Virus record (IMG/VR): IMGVR_UViG_3300042520_001767 | Coordinates: 64,001-128,000 of that record | Reading direction: 5' to 3' (one strand) | From: a virus | Length of the DNA stretch: 64,000 bases | Part shown: positions 38,959-47,672 of the stretch, piece after piece | How the letters are laid out: each line of letters starts with the position of its first letter | Numbering within the stretch: position 1 is the stretch's first letter | Made by a program: the position numbers and the translations under genes | The notes under the pieces: generated by a model | Seen by the model: the letters and a program-made list of their open reading frames with translations, nothing else | Told to the model about the DNA's origin: nothing | Database searches by the model: none

Positions 38959-39567
38959 ATGGTATATCTTATTGGTGATAGCCACACACAGTCTTTTGAT
39001 AGTAATTTTAAAACAATATGGTTAGAAGCACCTACTGCCTATCAAAATATAAAAAAAATAGGTCAAATTGATAGCAAATTAAACTTGTTAAATATTAACA
39101 AAGACACTGATTATTTGTTTTTTTCTTTTGGGGAAATAGATGTAAGATGTCATTTAGGTTTTATTTCCGATAATAATAACAGAAGCAACGAAGATGTCGT
39201 TTCCGAATGTTCAAATAGGTATTTATCATTCTTAGAATATTATATTAATTGTGGTTACAAAGTTGGTGTTTATGGTGCCGTACCATCTGGCCCCTACGAT
39301 GGGCTACAAGGTAACGGCATGGCTAGTTATAAAACACACGTTGAACGAAATAAACTAACCGAGATGTTCAACCAACAATTAAAAAATATATGTGAAAATA
39401 AAAACATATTATTCAAATCAATATTCTACGAAATTGTTGGTAAAGATAATTATTTTGATTATTTTAGCGTTGATGGGATTCATTTAAACGGTGGATTATT
39501 TAAAACAAAAAACGATGGCGTTAATTGTGAAGTTTTATTAAATGATTTATTTAAAGATTTGTTATGA
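38959..39567 (+). CDS. SGNH/GDSL-fold hydrolase or acyltransferase
   Basis: LIGDSH, FGEIDVRCH, DGIH. Confidence 0.75.
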   Translation: MVYLIGDSHTQSFDSNFKTIWLEAPTAYQNIKKIGQIDSKLNLLNINKDTDYLFFSFGEIDVRCHLGFISDNNNRSNEDVVSECSNRYLSFLEYYINCGYKVGVYGAVPSGPYDGLQGNGMASYKTHVERNKLTEMFNQQLKNICENKNILFKSIFYEIVGKDNYFDYFSVDGIHLNGGLFKTKNDGVNCEVLLNDLFKDLL

Positions 39568-40094
39568 TAAAAGCATTAGGGAGTGATATAATTATTGATG
39601 AAGATGTTGTTGCTAAACAAGATTTAGTGATAAACGGTTCGCACGTTTCAATAGATAAAGGGTTTTATTGTACAACAAACACCACTATAGGTAATTATGT
39701 ACATATCGGACCTTATGTGACTATAATAGGTGGAAAAGAAGGAATGTTCACAGCAAAAGGTTTTAACAACATAATGGCTGGGGCAAGAATTGTATGTGGT
39801 TCAGATAGATTTGATGATAGCGGTTTATTTGGTGCTATGATTCCAAAAGAATTAAAAGGAACTCAAATAATCGAACCAGTAATCATGGAAGAATTTTCAA
39901 ACATTGGTACAAACGCCATTGTCTTACCAGGTTCAATACTTAGACGAGGTGTTTTACTAACTGCTGGAAGTTTATTAATAGGTGATACAGAAGAATGGGG
40001 GGTTTATAAAGGAAACCCAGCGGTGTTAATTAAAAAAATTGACCCAACAAAAATAATTGAAAATGCTAAAAAATTAGGTTATATTGAGAGCTAA
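39564..40094 (+). CDS. Hexapeptide-repeat (LbH) acetyltransferase
   Basis: TTIGNYVHIGPYVTI, SNIGTNAIVLPG, YKGNPA. Confidence 0.88.
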   Translation: MIKALGSDIIIDEDVVAKQDLVINGSHVSIDKGFYCTTNTTIGNYVHIGPYVTIIGGKEGMFTAKGFNNIMAGARIVCGSDRFDDSGLFGAMIPKELKGTQIIEPVIMEEFSNIGTNAIVLPGSILRRGVLLTAGSLLIGDTEEWGVYKGNPAVLIKKIDPTKIIENAKKLGYIES

Positions 40095-40884
40095 AATAAA
40101 TATGATAGGTGGTGGTTTTAACCACAGCGTATCAACCAACGACATGGAACCTAAATTTATCCAATGGGTTAAAGATGGTTCAGCACCGATTTCTATATAT
40201 ATTGACAATGGGTTACATATACCAACAAACCCAAAAACTAAAAATTATGGATGGTTATGTGAATCTAAAACAATAATACCAACACATTATGAATGGTGTA
40301 AAAGAAATATTAAAACTTTAAAAAATAAATTTATAAAGGTTTTTACACATGATGTTGAATTAGCAAAAATATCAGATATATTCCAACTCACTCAATGTAG
40401 TGCAAAGTCTTATTTTGCTCATGGTGAAATGTATCCAAAAAATAAATTGATTTCAATGATTGCTTCAAATAAAGTAAGATGTGTTGAACACGTTTATAGA
40501 CAAAAAATGATTCTAAAATTTTCTAATAAATGTGACCACTTTGGTCGAGGATTTAGACCAATAGCAAACAAAGAAGATGGATTAAAAGATTATTGTTTTT
40601 CTATTGTAATGGAAAATGCAACATACGCAAACATGTTTACTGAAAAAATTACAGACTGTTTTATGACTGGGACTATACCAATTTATTACGGTATTTCAAA
40701 TATTGGTGATTATTTTGATACAAATGGTATTATAATTTTAAATGATGATTTTAAAATTGAAGATTTATCATTTGAACTATATGAATCAAAAATTGAATCA
40801 GTTAAAAAAAATCTACAATTATCTATTGATTTATTGGTTGCAGAAGATTATATTTATAAAAACTTTATTGAAATAACAAAATAA
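40084..40884 (+). CDS. GT10 alpha-1,3/1,4-fucosyltransferase-like
   Basis: YCFSIVMEN..FTEKITDCFMTGTIPIYYG corresponds to the GT10 motif. Confidence 0.8.
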   Translation: MRAKINMIGGGFNHSVSTNDMEPKFIQWVKDGSAPISIYIDNGLHIPTNPKTKNYGWLCESKTIIPTHYEWCKRNIKTLKNKFIKVFTHDVELAKISDIFQLTQCSAKSYFAHGEMYPKNKLISMIASNKVRCVEHVYRQKMILKFSNKCDHFGRGFRPIANKEDGLKDYCFSIVMENATYANMFTEKITDCFMTGTIPIYYGISNIGDYFDTNGIIILNDDFKIEDLSFELYESKIESVKKNLQLSIDLLVAEDYIYKNFIEITK

Positions 40885-40897
40885 TTAAATAAAAAAT

Positions 40898-41500
40898 ATG
40901 TCATTTGAAATTATTACTGAATTTGAACAATCAATAGCTAAATTTTTTGGTTCACCTTATGCTGTAGCTGTAGATAGTTGTACACACGGTATTGAATTAT
41001 GTTTAAGATATACCAAAGAAACAAAAATAAGTGTTCCCAAAAGAACATATTTGTCGGTACCATTTTTAGCTGAAAAAATGAATTTAGAAAGAGAATGGAG
41101 AGATGAAGAATGGGAAGATTATTATACGCTTAACTATGGTGATAAAAAAATAATCGATGCGGCTGTTCTTTGGAAAAAAGACAGCTATATACCAAACACT
41201 TTCATGTGTGTTAGTTTTCAATATCAAAAACACCTTTCATTAGGTAGGGGTGGTATTATTTTACTAGATAATGAAGAAGACTTTATAACACTAAAAAAAA
41301 TGTCTTATGATGGTAGATTACCAAATATACCTTGGAGGGAACAAGATATTGACACTGTTGGATTTCATTATTATATGACACCAGAAACAGCTAAATTAGG
41401 TTTAGAAAAATTACCTGAAGCTATAAAAACTGAGCCAAAGAAATGGGTTGTTACCGATTGGCCAGATTTAACAAAAATTAAAATATTTAGTGAAAAATAA
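40898..41500 (+). CDS. Compact DegT/DnrJ PLP-dependent sugar aminotransferase
   Basis: AVAVDSCTHG, SFQYQKHLSLGRGG with the catalytic Lys, GFHYYM. Only 200 aa. Confidence 0.8.
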   Translation: MSFEIITEFEQSIAKFFGSPYAVAVDSCTHGIELCLRYTKETKISVPKRTYLSVPFLAEKMNLEREWRDEEWEDYYTLNYGDKKIIDAAVLWKKDSYIPNTFMCVSFQYQKHLSLGRGGIILLDNEEDFITLKKMSYDGRLPNIPWREQDIDTVGFHYYMTPETAKLGLEKLPEAIKTEPKKWVVTDWPDLTKIKIFSEK

Positions 41501-41504
41501 TTAT

Positions 41505-42515
41505 ATGGAAAATAAAACAAAAAAAGGTATTTATGAAGGGCGTAAGGCTTTTCTTACAGGAATTAATGGACAGGACGGGAGTTACTTAGCAGAATATTTA
41601 TTAGACTTAGGTTACGAAGTACATGGAATTATAAGAAGAAACTCCAGCGTTGAATCGCAACAAAGTAGATTTTCAGATGAGGTAAGAAGCAAAGTTAATA
41701 TTCACTATGGTGATTTATTAGACCAAGGTGGTTTAGAAAAATTGTTAGACCAAATTCAACCAGATGAGATTTATAATCTTGCCGCTCAAAGCCACGTAAG
41801 GATTAGTTTTGATATACCACAATTTACAGTACAAACAAACGCTATTGGAATTCTAAATATTCTTGAAGCCTATAGACGTTCATGTCCAACAGCTAAGTTT
41901 TATCAAGCGTCTTCATCTGAAATGTTTGGTAACTCAGTAGATTCTGATGGTTTCCAAAGAGAAACAACACCAATGACTCCAGTAAGCCCTTACGGTTGTT
42001 CTAAAGTATTTGGTTATAATATTGTTAGGAACTATAGAAATGCTTATAAACTTCACGCATGTAATGGAATTTTATTCAATCACGAATCACCTAGACGAGC
42101 ATCTAACTTTGTAACTAATAAAGTTGTAAAAACAGCTGTTGAAATAAAATTAGGTTTAACTGATAAATTAGTTTTAGGTAATATGGATTCTTATAGAGAT
42201 TGGGGTCATTCAAAAGATTACGTAAAAGCTATGCACTTGATTCTAAATCATGACACACCAGATGATTTTGTTGTATCAACAATGACAACACACTCAGTTA
42301 GAGAAATGGTTGAATATGTGTTTAAAAAATTAGATTTAGATTACTCCAAGTATGTTTCACAAGATGCTAAATTTCTTAGAGCTGAAGAATTAAAATATTT
42401 AAAAGGAGATTCAACTAAAATTAGAGAAAAACTAGGTTGGAAACCAGAATATACTTTCGAAACGTTAATGGATGATATGATTGACGGTTGGTTAGATAAA
42501 TTAACTAATAAATAA
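41505..42515 (+). CDS. gmd: GDP-mannose 4,6-dehydratase
   Basis: TGINGQDGSYL, NLAAQSHV, YQASSSE, SPYGCSK, FNHESPRR, RDWGH. Confidence 0.97.
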   Translation: MENKTKKGIYEGRKAFLTGINGQDGSYLAEYLLDLGYEVHGIIRRNSSVESQQSRFSDEVRSKVNIHYGDLLDQGGLEKLLDQIQPDEIYNLAAQSHVRISFDIPQFTVQTNAIGILNILEAYRRSCPTAKFYQASSSEMFGNSVDSDGFQRETTPMTPVSPYGCSKVFGYNIVRNYRNAYKLHACNGILFNHESPRRASNFVTNKVVKTAVEIKLGLTDKLVLGNMDSYRDWGHSKDYVKAMHLILNHDTPDDFVVSTMTTHSVREMVEYVFKKLDLDYSKYVSQDAKFLRAEELKYLKGDSTKIREKLGWKPEYTFETLMDDMIDGWLDKLTNK

Positions 42516-42518
42516 ACT

Positions 42519-43382
42519 ATGATAAAAAAACCCTTACCATCAGCGACTACTAGAAAACCTAGAGTTAAAAAAGCTACAACTAATGTAGCTGAAGAAAAAA
42601 ATCCTTCATCAGATTTATTATCCCAAATAAGGATAGATATTAAACATAAAAATGAAACACAAAAAAAATTAACACAAGCAATCAAACAAAATGATGTAAC
42701 TATTTGCACTGGTTCTGCTGGGACTGGTAAAACGTTATTAAGTGTTTCAGAAGCGTTATTATTATTGAAAAATAAAAGTGATGTTTACCATGAAATTAAA
42801 TTAGTTAAATCGATAACTGAATTAAAGGGTGAAAGTATAGGTACCTTACCTGGGGATGCTAACGAGAAAATGTTACATATAATGATGTCATATTTAGATG
42901 CTTTTTATAAACTTATAGGTGAAGAATTAACAACTAAATTAATTGAAGCTGGATATATTAAAATGGAAGTTTTTGCTGCAATTCGTGGTCGTTCATTTAG
43001 TAATTGTATTATATTAGTAGATGAATTCCAAAATATAACACACGATAACGCTAAAACACTTCTAACTAGATTTTCAGATAATACAAAATTAGTTATATTA
43101 GGTGATACAGGTCAAATAGATATTAGAAATAAAACAGAAAGCTCATTAGATAGCTTAGCTAATAATGTGAATGCAAATCCAATTGATGGAGTATCAGTTA
43201 TCAATTTTACAGATAAAGATATTGTAAGGCATCGTTTAACCAGCTATTTTATCGGTCTTTTTTCCGACAATCAAACAAAAACAACTAAACCTAAATTGTT
43301 ACTCGAAAATAAAATCGAAGAAAAACCAAAAGATAAAGAAGAAACAAATTTATTAGTCAAAAGGTTTTCTTTTTTCAGATAA
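42519..43382 (+). CDS. phoH: PhoH-family ATPase
   Basis: GSAGTGKT, IRGRSF, DEFQN, GDTGQID, DIVRH. Confidence 0.93.
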   Translation: MIKKPLPSATTRKPRVKKATTNVAEEKNPSSDLLSQIRIDIKHKNETQKKLTQAIKQNDVTICTGSAGTGKTLLSVSEALLLLKNKSDVYHEIKLVKSITELKGESIGTLPGDANEKMLHIMMSYLDAFYKLIGEELTTKLIEAGYIKMEVFAAIRGRSFSNCIILVDEFQNITHDNAKTLLTRFSDNTKLVILGDTGQIDIRNKTESSLDSLANNVNANPIDGVSVINFTDKDIVRHRLTSYFIGLFSDNQTKTTKPKLLLENKIEEKPKDKEETNLLVKRFSFFR

Positions 43383-43397
43383 AAATAGTAATTAATA

Positions 43398-43425
43398 AAA
43401 AACCGTTGATATATCAACGGTTTTT
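43398..43425. terminator. Palindromic intrinsic terminator
   Basis: AAAAACCGTTGATATATCAACGGTTTTT, a 28-bp perfect palindrome followed by a T-rich tract. Confidence 0.8.
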
Positions 43426-43446
43426 CTTTTTTATTATAGTTTATTA

Positions 43447-43476
43447 TTTACAAATTAATTATATTAATTATAATTG
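43447..43476 (+). promoter_or_regulatory. Host-sigma-type promoter
   Basis: TTTACA-N16-TATAATTG upstream of 43517. Confidence 0.5.
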
Positions 43477-43516
43477 TTTATAATAAAATATAACATAAAA
43501 ATATAATAATTAAATT

Positions 43517-44125
43517 ATGGCTAAAATTTCGATTTCCTTAAATGAAGTACTTAGGGATTATGTTAGTCAACTAGCTTACACTTACGACAAATACATGGGT
43601 GAAAGTGGTGTAAAAGAACATGATATAACAAACTTTAATCTAATTGAATTTTTTAAATTTGATGATATCAACAAATTTAATACGTTTCTTTATTTAGAAG
43701 CACCACTAGAGATATTTGGTCATGCTGACCAAATGTCAGACGGTTTAATGAATCATTTTAATACTTTTTTAATGGATATTAAAGATGATGAAGAACACGA
43801 AATTGAACTTGTTAGTCGTGAAGTTGATAAAAGTATACCATCAACGTATTTCTTTTTATCTAAGACTGGTTGTAGAGCAGATAAAGTAAGGTTCGTTAAG
43901 GATTATGTTAGTGAATGGGATGGTGCTGATATACTAATTACAGCTAACCCACAAGCACTAGAATCAAAACCATCTGGTAAAATTAGTGTTAAAGTTAAAA
44001 CAACTTACAATGAAAACACACCTTCAGATTATGAAATTGATTCAATATTAGATTTCATTAACGATGAAGAACTTAGAAATAAAATATTAAATACAAAAAT
44101 AACAACTTACGAAGAAATTGACTAA
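43517..44125 (+). CDS. 5'(3')-nucleotidase/HAD-fold protein with degenerate motif I
   Basis: ISISLNEVLRDY in place of I.IDxDGVL.D; later ELVSRE and DILITANP fit HAD motifs II and IV loosely. Confidence 0.5.
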   Translation: MAKISISLNEVLRDYVSQLAYTYDKYMGESGVKEHDITNFNLIEFFKFDDINKFNTFLYLEAPLEIFGHADQMSDGLMNHFNTFLMDIKDDEEHEIELVSREVDKSIPSTYFFLSKTGCRADKVRFVKDYVSEWDGADILITANPQALESKPSGKISVKVKTTYNENTPSDYEIDSILDFINDEELRNKILNTKITTYEEID

Positions 44126-44126
44126 T

Positions 44127-44486
44127 ATGATTGAATTCGGTGGAAGCATCTATTATATTGACTTAGATGCATTAGAAAAAACAATTTTACCAGTTGGAGT
44201 CAAACCAACAGATAAAATAATTGAACGTGAAGAAAAAATTCATGTTGACTCAGATAATAATGTTGTACATACAGATATTACTGAAGTTAGTAAAGAAAGA
44301 GGTAGAGAAATCGATGGAGCCAAATACGAAATGGTTAGACTAATGTTGGAAATATTAATGGATGATATGGAAGAAGCTGATGACGCAACTTTAGGTGCTG
44401 AGAGAGCTTTAGAAAAAACATCATTATCATATAAAATAGCATTCAATACATTATATCATTATGGTATATTAAAAGAACAAGAATAA
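44127..44486 (+). CDS. Hypothetical protein
   Basis: Acidic ORF; ATG at 44127 follows the upstream stop. Confidence 0.65.
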   Translation: MIEFGGSIYYIDLDALEKTILPVGVKPTDKIIEREEKIHVDSDNNVVHTDITEVSKERGREIDGAKYEMVRLMLEILMDDMEEADDATLGAERALEKTSLSYKIAFNTLYHYGILKEQE

Positions 44487-44510
44487 TATAAAAAATAAAA
44501 TAAAATAAAA

Positions 44511-45665
44511 ATGGAAGAACAAAAAAATCAAGTGGTAGAACAAATCAAACAAGTAAAAGAGGTTCTAGCTAAATTAGAATCTAAAGATTTTAACTTATAC
44601 TTTTTTACCTTAGACACTAAAGGTAACCCAACAGCTGGTATTGCTAATATTTACGAACATGTTAAAATTTTAAATGATTTAGGATATAGAGCGAGTATAT
44701 TACATGAAAAAAATGATTACAAATTAAGAGGTGACCAAGAAGGTAATGGTATCGCTGATTGGTTAGGTGAGGAATACGCTTTATTACCACATTCATCAAT
44801 TGAAGGGCAGCAATTAAATGTTAGTCCAGCTGATTTTATTATCATACCAGAAATATTCGCTAATATAATGGACCAAGTAAAAGGTTTCCCATGTAAAAAA
44901 GTTGTTTTCTCCCAAAGTTATGATTATTTACTAGAATTATTACCAATTGGTAAAAGATGGAATGTTGATTACGGTTTTACCGATGTAATCACGACAACTG
45001 AGAGACAATCAAATTACTTAAAGACAATGTTCCCATCAATCAAAACACATGTTATACCAGTATCTATACCATCTTATTTTAAAGATAGTGATAAACCAAA
45101 AATTCCAGTTGTAAGTATTTTAACTAGAAATCAAGGGGATGCTGCTAAAATCGCTAAATCTTTTTATCTTCAATACCCAATTTATAAATGGATTACATTT
45201 AAAGAATTAAGAGGTTTATCTAGAGAAGAATTCGCTACAGAATTAGGTAAATCATGTTTAGCTGTTTGGGTTGATGAACAATCTGGTTTTGGTACTTTCC
45301 CATTAGAAGCTATTGAGTGTAATACACCAGTAATTGGTAAAATACCAAATATGATTCCAGAATGGATGGAAAATGTTGATGAAGAAGGTAATATTTCTAT
45401 TAAACAAAACGGTATTTGGACAAATACAACACTTAATATCCCAGAATTAATCGCAACTTATTTAAAAGTCTGGTTAGAGGATTCAATCCCATCTGATTTA
45501 ACTGAAAATATTAATGAAACAAAAGGTTCTTATACTTCAGAAAAACAAGTATCTATAGCTAGTAAAGTTTACACAACATTACATGAAAATAGAATCTCTG
45601 AATTAAAAATAACTTTAGAAACATTGGAGAATACTGAAAAAGAATTAACTACAACTAACGCTTAA
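44511..45665 (+). CDS. GT-B (GT4-like) glycosyltransferase
   Basis: GIANIYEHVKILN, IIIPE, FGTFPLEAIECNTPVIG. Confidence 0.75.
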   Translation: MEEQKNQVVEQIKQVKEVLAKLESKDFNLYFFTLDTKGNPTAGIANIYEHVKILNDLGYRASILHEKNDYKLRGDQEGNGIADWLGEEYALLPHSSIEGQQLNVSPADFIIIPEIFANIMDQVKGFPCKKVVFSQSYDYLLELLPIGKRWNVDYGFTDVITTTERQSNYLKTMFPSIKTHVIPVSIPSYFKDSDKPKIPVVSILTRNQGDAAKIAKSFYLQYPIYKWITFKELRGLSREEFATELGKSCLAVWVDEQSGFGTFPLEAIECNTPVIGKIPNMIPEWMENVDEEGNISIKQNGIWTNTTLNIPELIATYLKVWLEDSIPSDLTENINETKGSYTSEKQVSIASKVYTTLHENRISELKITLETLENTEKELTTTNA

Positions 45666-45679
45666 TAAAAACTATAAAT

Positions 45680-46477
45680 ATGAAAAATACAAATAATATT
45701 AGTGTTGTACTACCTGTGCACGAATTGAATGAAGAAACAAAAGTTTTATTTACAAACGCAGTACAAAGCGTTATAGACCAAACAATCAGACCAGACGAAT
45801 TAATTATTGTTGTTCCAAAAGGTAGCGATGTTGTTAAAACCGTTAAAAAAGTTGATTACGGTGATTATAAAAATTCAGTTAGAATTGTTGAAAATGATGG
45901 CGAAACTGATTTCGCATCACAAGTTAATTACGGGGTTTCAGTTTGTAAAACCGAATGGTTTTCAATCTTGGAATTGGATGATGAATACGCTAAAATTTGG
46001 TTCAAAAATGTTATTGAACATAGAGAAAAACACTCAAATGTTGATATCTTCATGCCAATTATCATTGATGTTGATAATGGTGGTCAATTTATTGGATTTA
46101 CAAATGAAGCAGTATGGGCTCAAAGTTTTTCAGATGAATTAGGTGTTTTAGACAATAATGCATTGTTAACATATCAAAACTTTAATATCGATGGAATGGT
46201 GATTAGAAAATCAGTTTATGATGATTTTGGTGGTTTTAAACCTAGTATCAAATTAACTTTTATCTATGAATTTTTACTACGTATGACTTTTAAAGATGCA
46301 AAGGTATTTGTTATTCCTAGATTTGGGTACAAACACTTAAACCAAAGGCCAGGTTCTCTATTCTCAACATATAAAGAAACCTTAGACCCAGTAGAAGCTA
46401 GATGGTGGTTATCAACAGCTAAAAAAGAATATTACTTCCCAGCTGATAGAAAAATAACATACGAAATTGAAAATTAA
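45680..46477 (+). CDS. GT2 glycosyltransferase
   Basis: ISVVLPVH, SVIDQTIRPDELIIV, SILELDD. Confidence 0.85.
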   Translation: MKNTNNISVVLPVHELNEETKVLFTNAVQSVIDQTIRPDELIIVVPKGSDVVKTVKKVDYGDYKNSVRIVENDGETDFASQVNYGVSVCKTEWFSILELDDEYAKIWFKNVIEHREKHSNVDIFMPIIIDVDNGGQFIGFTNEAVWAQSFSDELGVLDNNALLTYQNFNIDGMVIRKSVYDDFGGFKPSIKLTFIYEFLLRMTFKDAKVFVIPRFGYKHLNQRPGSLFSTYKETLDPVEARWWLSTAKKEYYFPADRKITYEIEN

Positions 46478-46480
46478 TGA

Positions 46481-47209
46481 ATGGTAACTAAACGAGGACG
46501 CAAGAGAAAAAATGATATGTATTTTGGTCCAGAAGAAGAAGAAGCCGTTATTAATTTTTTAGAATCAACAAACGAAATAGAAAGGAACCTCATTTTTAAC
46601 GAGTGGTTGAAAGAACCACTCGATAAAATGATTGAATCCATAATTAGAAGGTATAAACTGTACAGAAAAGGAGAAACTTTTGAAGAGTTGCATAGCGACA
46701 CCGTATCTTTTCTAATGACAAAAGTACATAAGTTTGAAAGTGGTAGAGGGAAAAAAGCTTATTCATATTTTGGGACTATAAGTAAAAATTATATTCTTGG
46801 TTTGTTAATCAAGGATGAAAAAAACATAAAACAAATGGCTTCATACGAAGAGATGTCTGAAACTATTGAAGAACGTGAAGATTTAACATATATTATTGAT
46901 GATGATAATTTTTTAATGGATGAATTTATCAAAAAATTATCTAATGGTATTAAAGAAGAATTAAACAATGAAACACTACCTATTAAAAAAAGGTTAAACG
47001 AAAATGAAAAAAAAGTTGGTCTAGCTTTAATTGAAATTTTAGAGAATTGGGAAACAGCTTTTGAATCTATGGATGGTGGTTCTAAATATAATAAAAATTC
47101 AGTGTTAGAGACGATGAGAAATTATACCAACCTATCAACAAAAGATATTAGATTAGCAATGAAAAGATATAAAGAACTTTATGAATTATTAAAACATCAT
47201 GGGTTGTAA
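46481..47209 (+). CDS. Phage sigma factor, T4 gp55-like
   Basis: KVHKFESGRGKKAYSYFGTISKN resembles sigma region 2 (KFDP..G....SYF..I..N). Confidence 0.7.
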   Translation: MVTKRGRKRKNDMYFGPEEEEAVINFLESTNEIERNLIFNEWLKEPLDKMIESIIRRYKLYRKGETFEELHSDTVSFLMTKVHKFESGRGKKAYSYFGTISKNYILGLLIKDEKNIKQMASYEEMSETIEEREDLTYIIDDDNFLMDEFIKKLSNGIKEELNNETLPIKKRLNENEKKVGLALIEILENWETAFESMDGGSKYNKNSVLETMRNYTNLSTKDIRLAMKRYKELYELLKHHGL

Positions 47210-47277
47210 AAAATTGTTATAAAATTATTTTATTATCTATTTATATTAAATAACAATATAATTAAAACATAGAAATT

Positions 47278-47670
47278 TTGCCAAGAAAACAAAAACAAGT
47301 AATTAAAACAAATAGTGATGATTCATTATCTGGTCTTATGCAAGAAACGTATAATGATGCGTGTTTACAAATAAATGACGCACAAAAAACAATTAATGAA
47401 TTATCAGCTAGTGCAACACCAGCAGATGTTGATGATTTAACTAAAATCGCTAAAGAAAAAGGTGGTCTTTTAAAAATAAAAGACTCCGCAATCAGAATCA
47501 AATTAGAGTTAGCTAAATTACAAAGTGATATAATTAAAAATCGTGGAGATATTGAAACTACTATAAATGAAAGAAGTCATGGAACGGCATCAATATCTGA
47601 TTTTAAATCAATTAGAGAGATGCTAAAGAATGATAATAAAAATAATTTTTTAGGTGATGAAAACGAATAA
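47278..47670 (+). CDS. Coiled-coil hypothetical protein
   Basis: Helical ORF preceded by a CTATTTATA variant of the late motif (47237-47245). Confidence 0.6.
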   Translation: MPRKQKQVIKTNSDDSLSGLMQETYNDACLQINDAQKTINELSASATPADVDDLTKIAKEKGGLLKIKDSAIRIKLELAKLQSDIIKNRGDIETTINERSHGTASISDFKSIREMLKNDNKNNFLGDENE

Positions 47671-47672
47671 CT

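Noticed and set aside
26071-46477. Giant eukaryotic virus origin suggested by PolB and the glycan genes
   Set aside because: T4-like gp20, gp21, gp23 and gp13, bacterial promoters and intrinsic terminators indicate a bacteriophage.
47278-47670. Possible small terminase subunit
   Set aside because: Only size, helicity and position suggest it; no motif was recognised.
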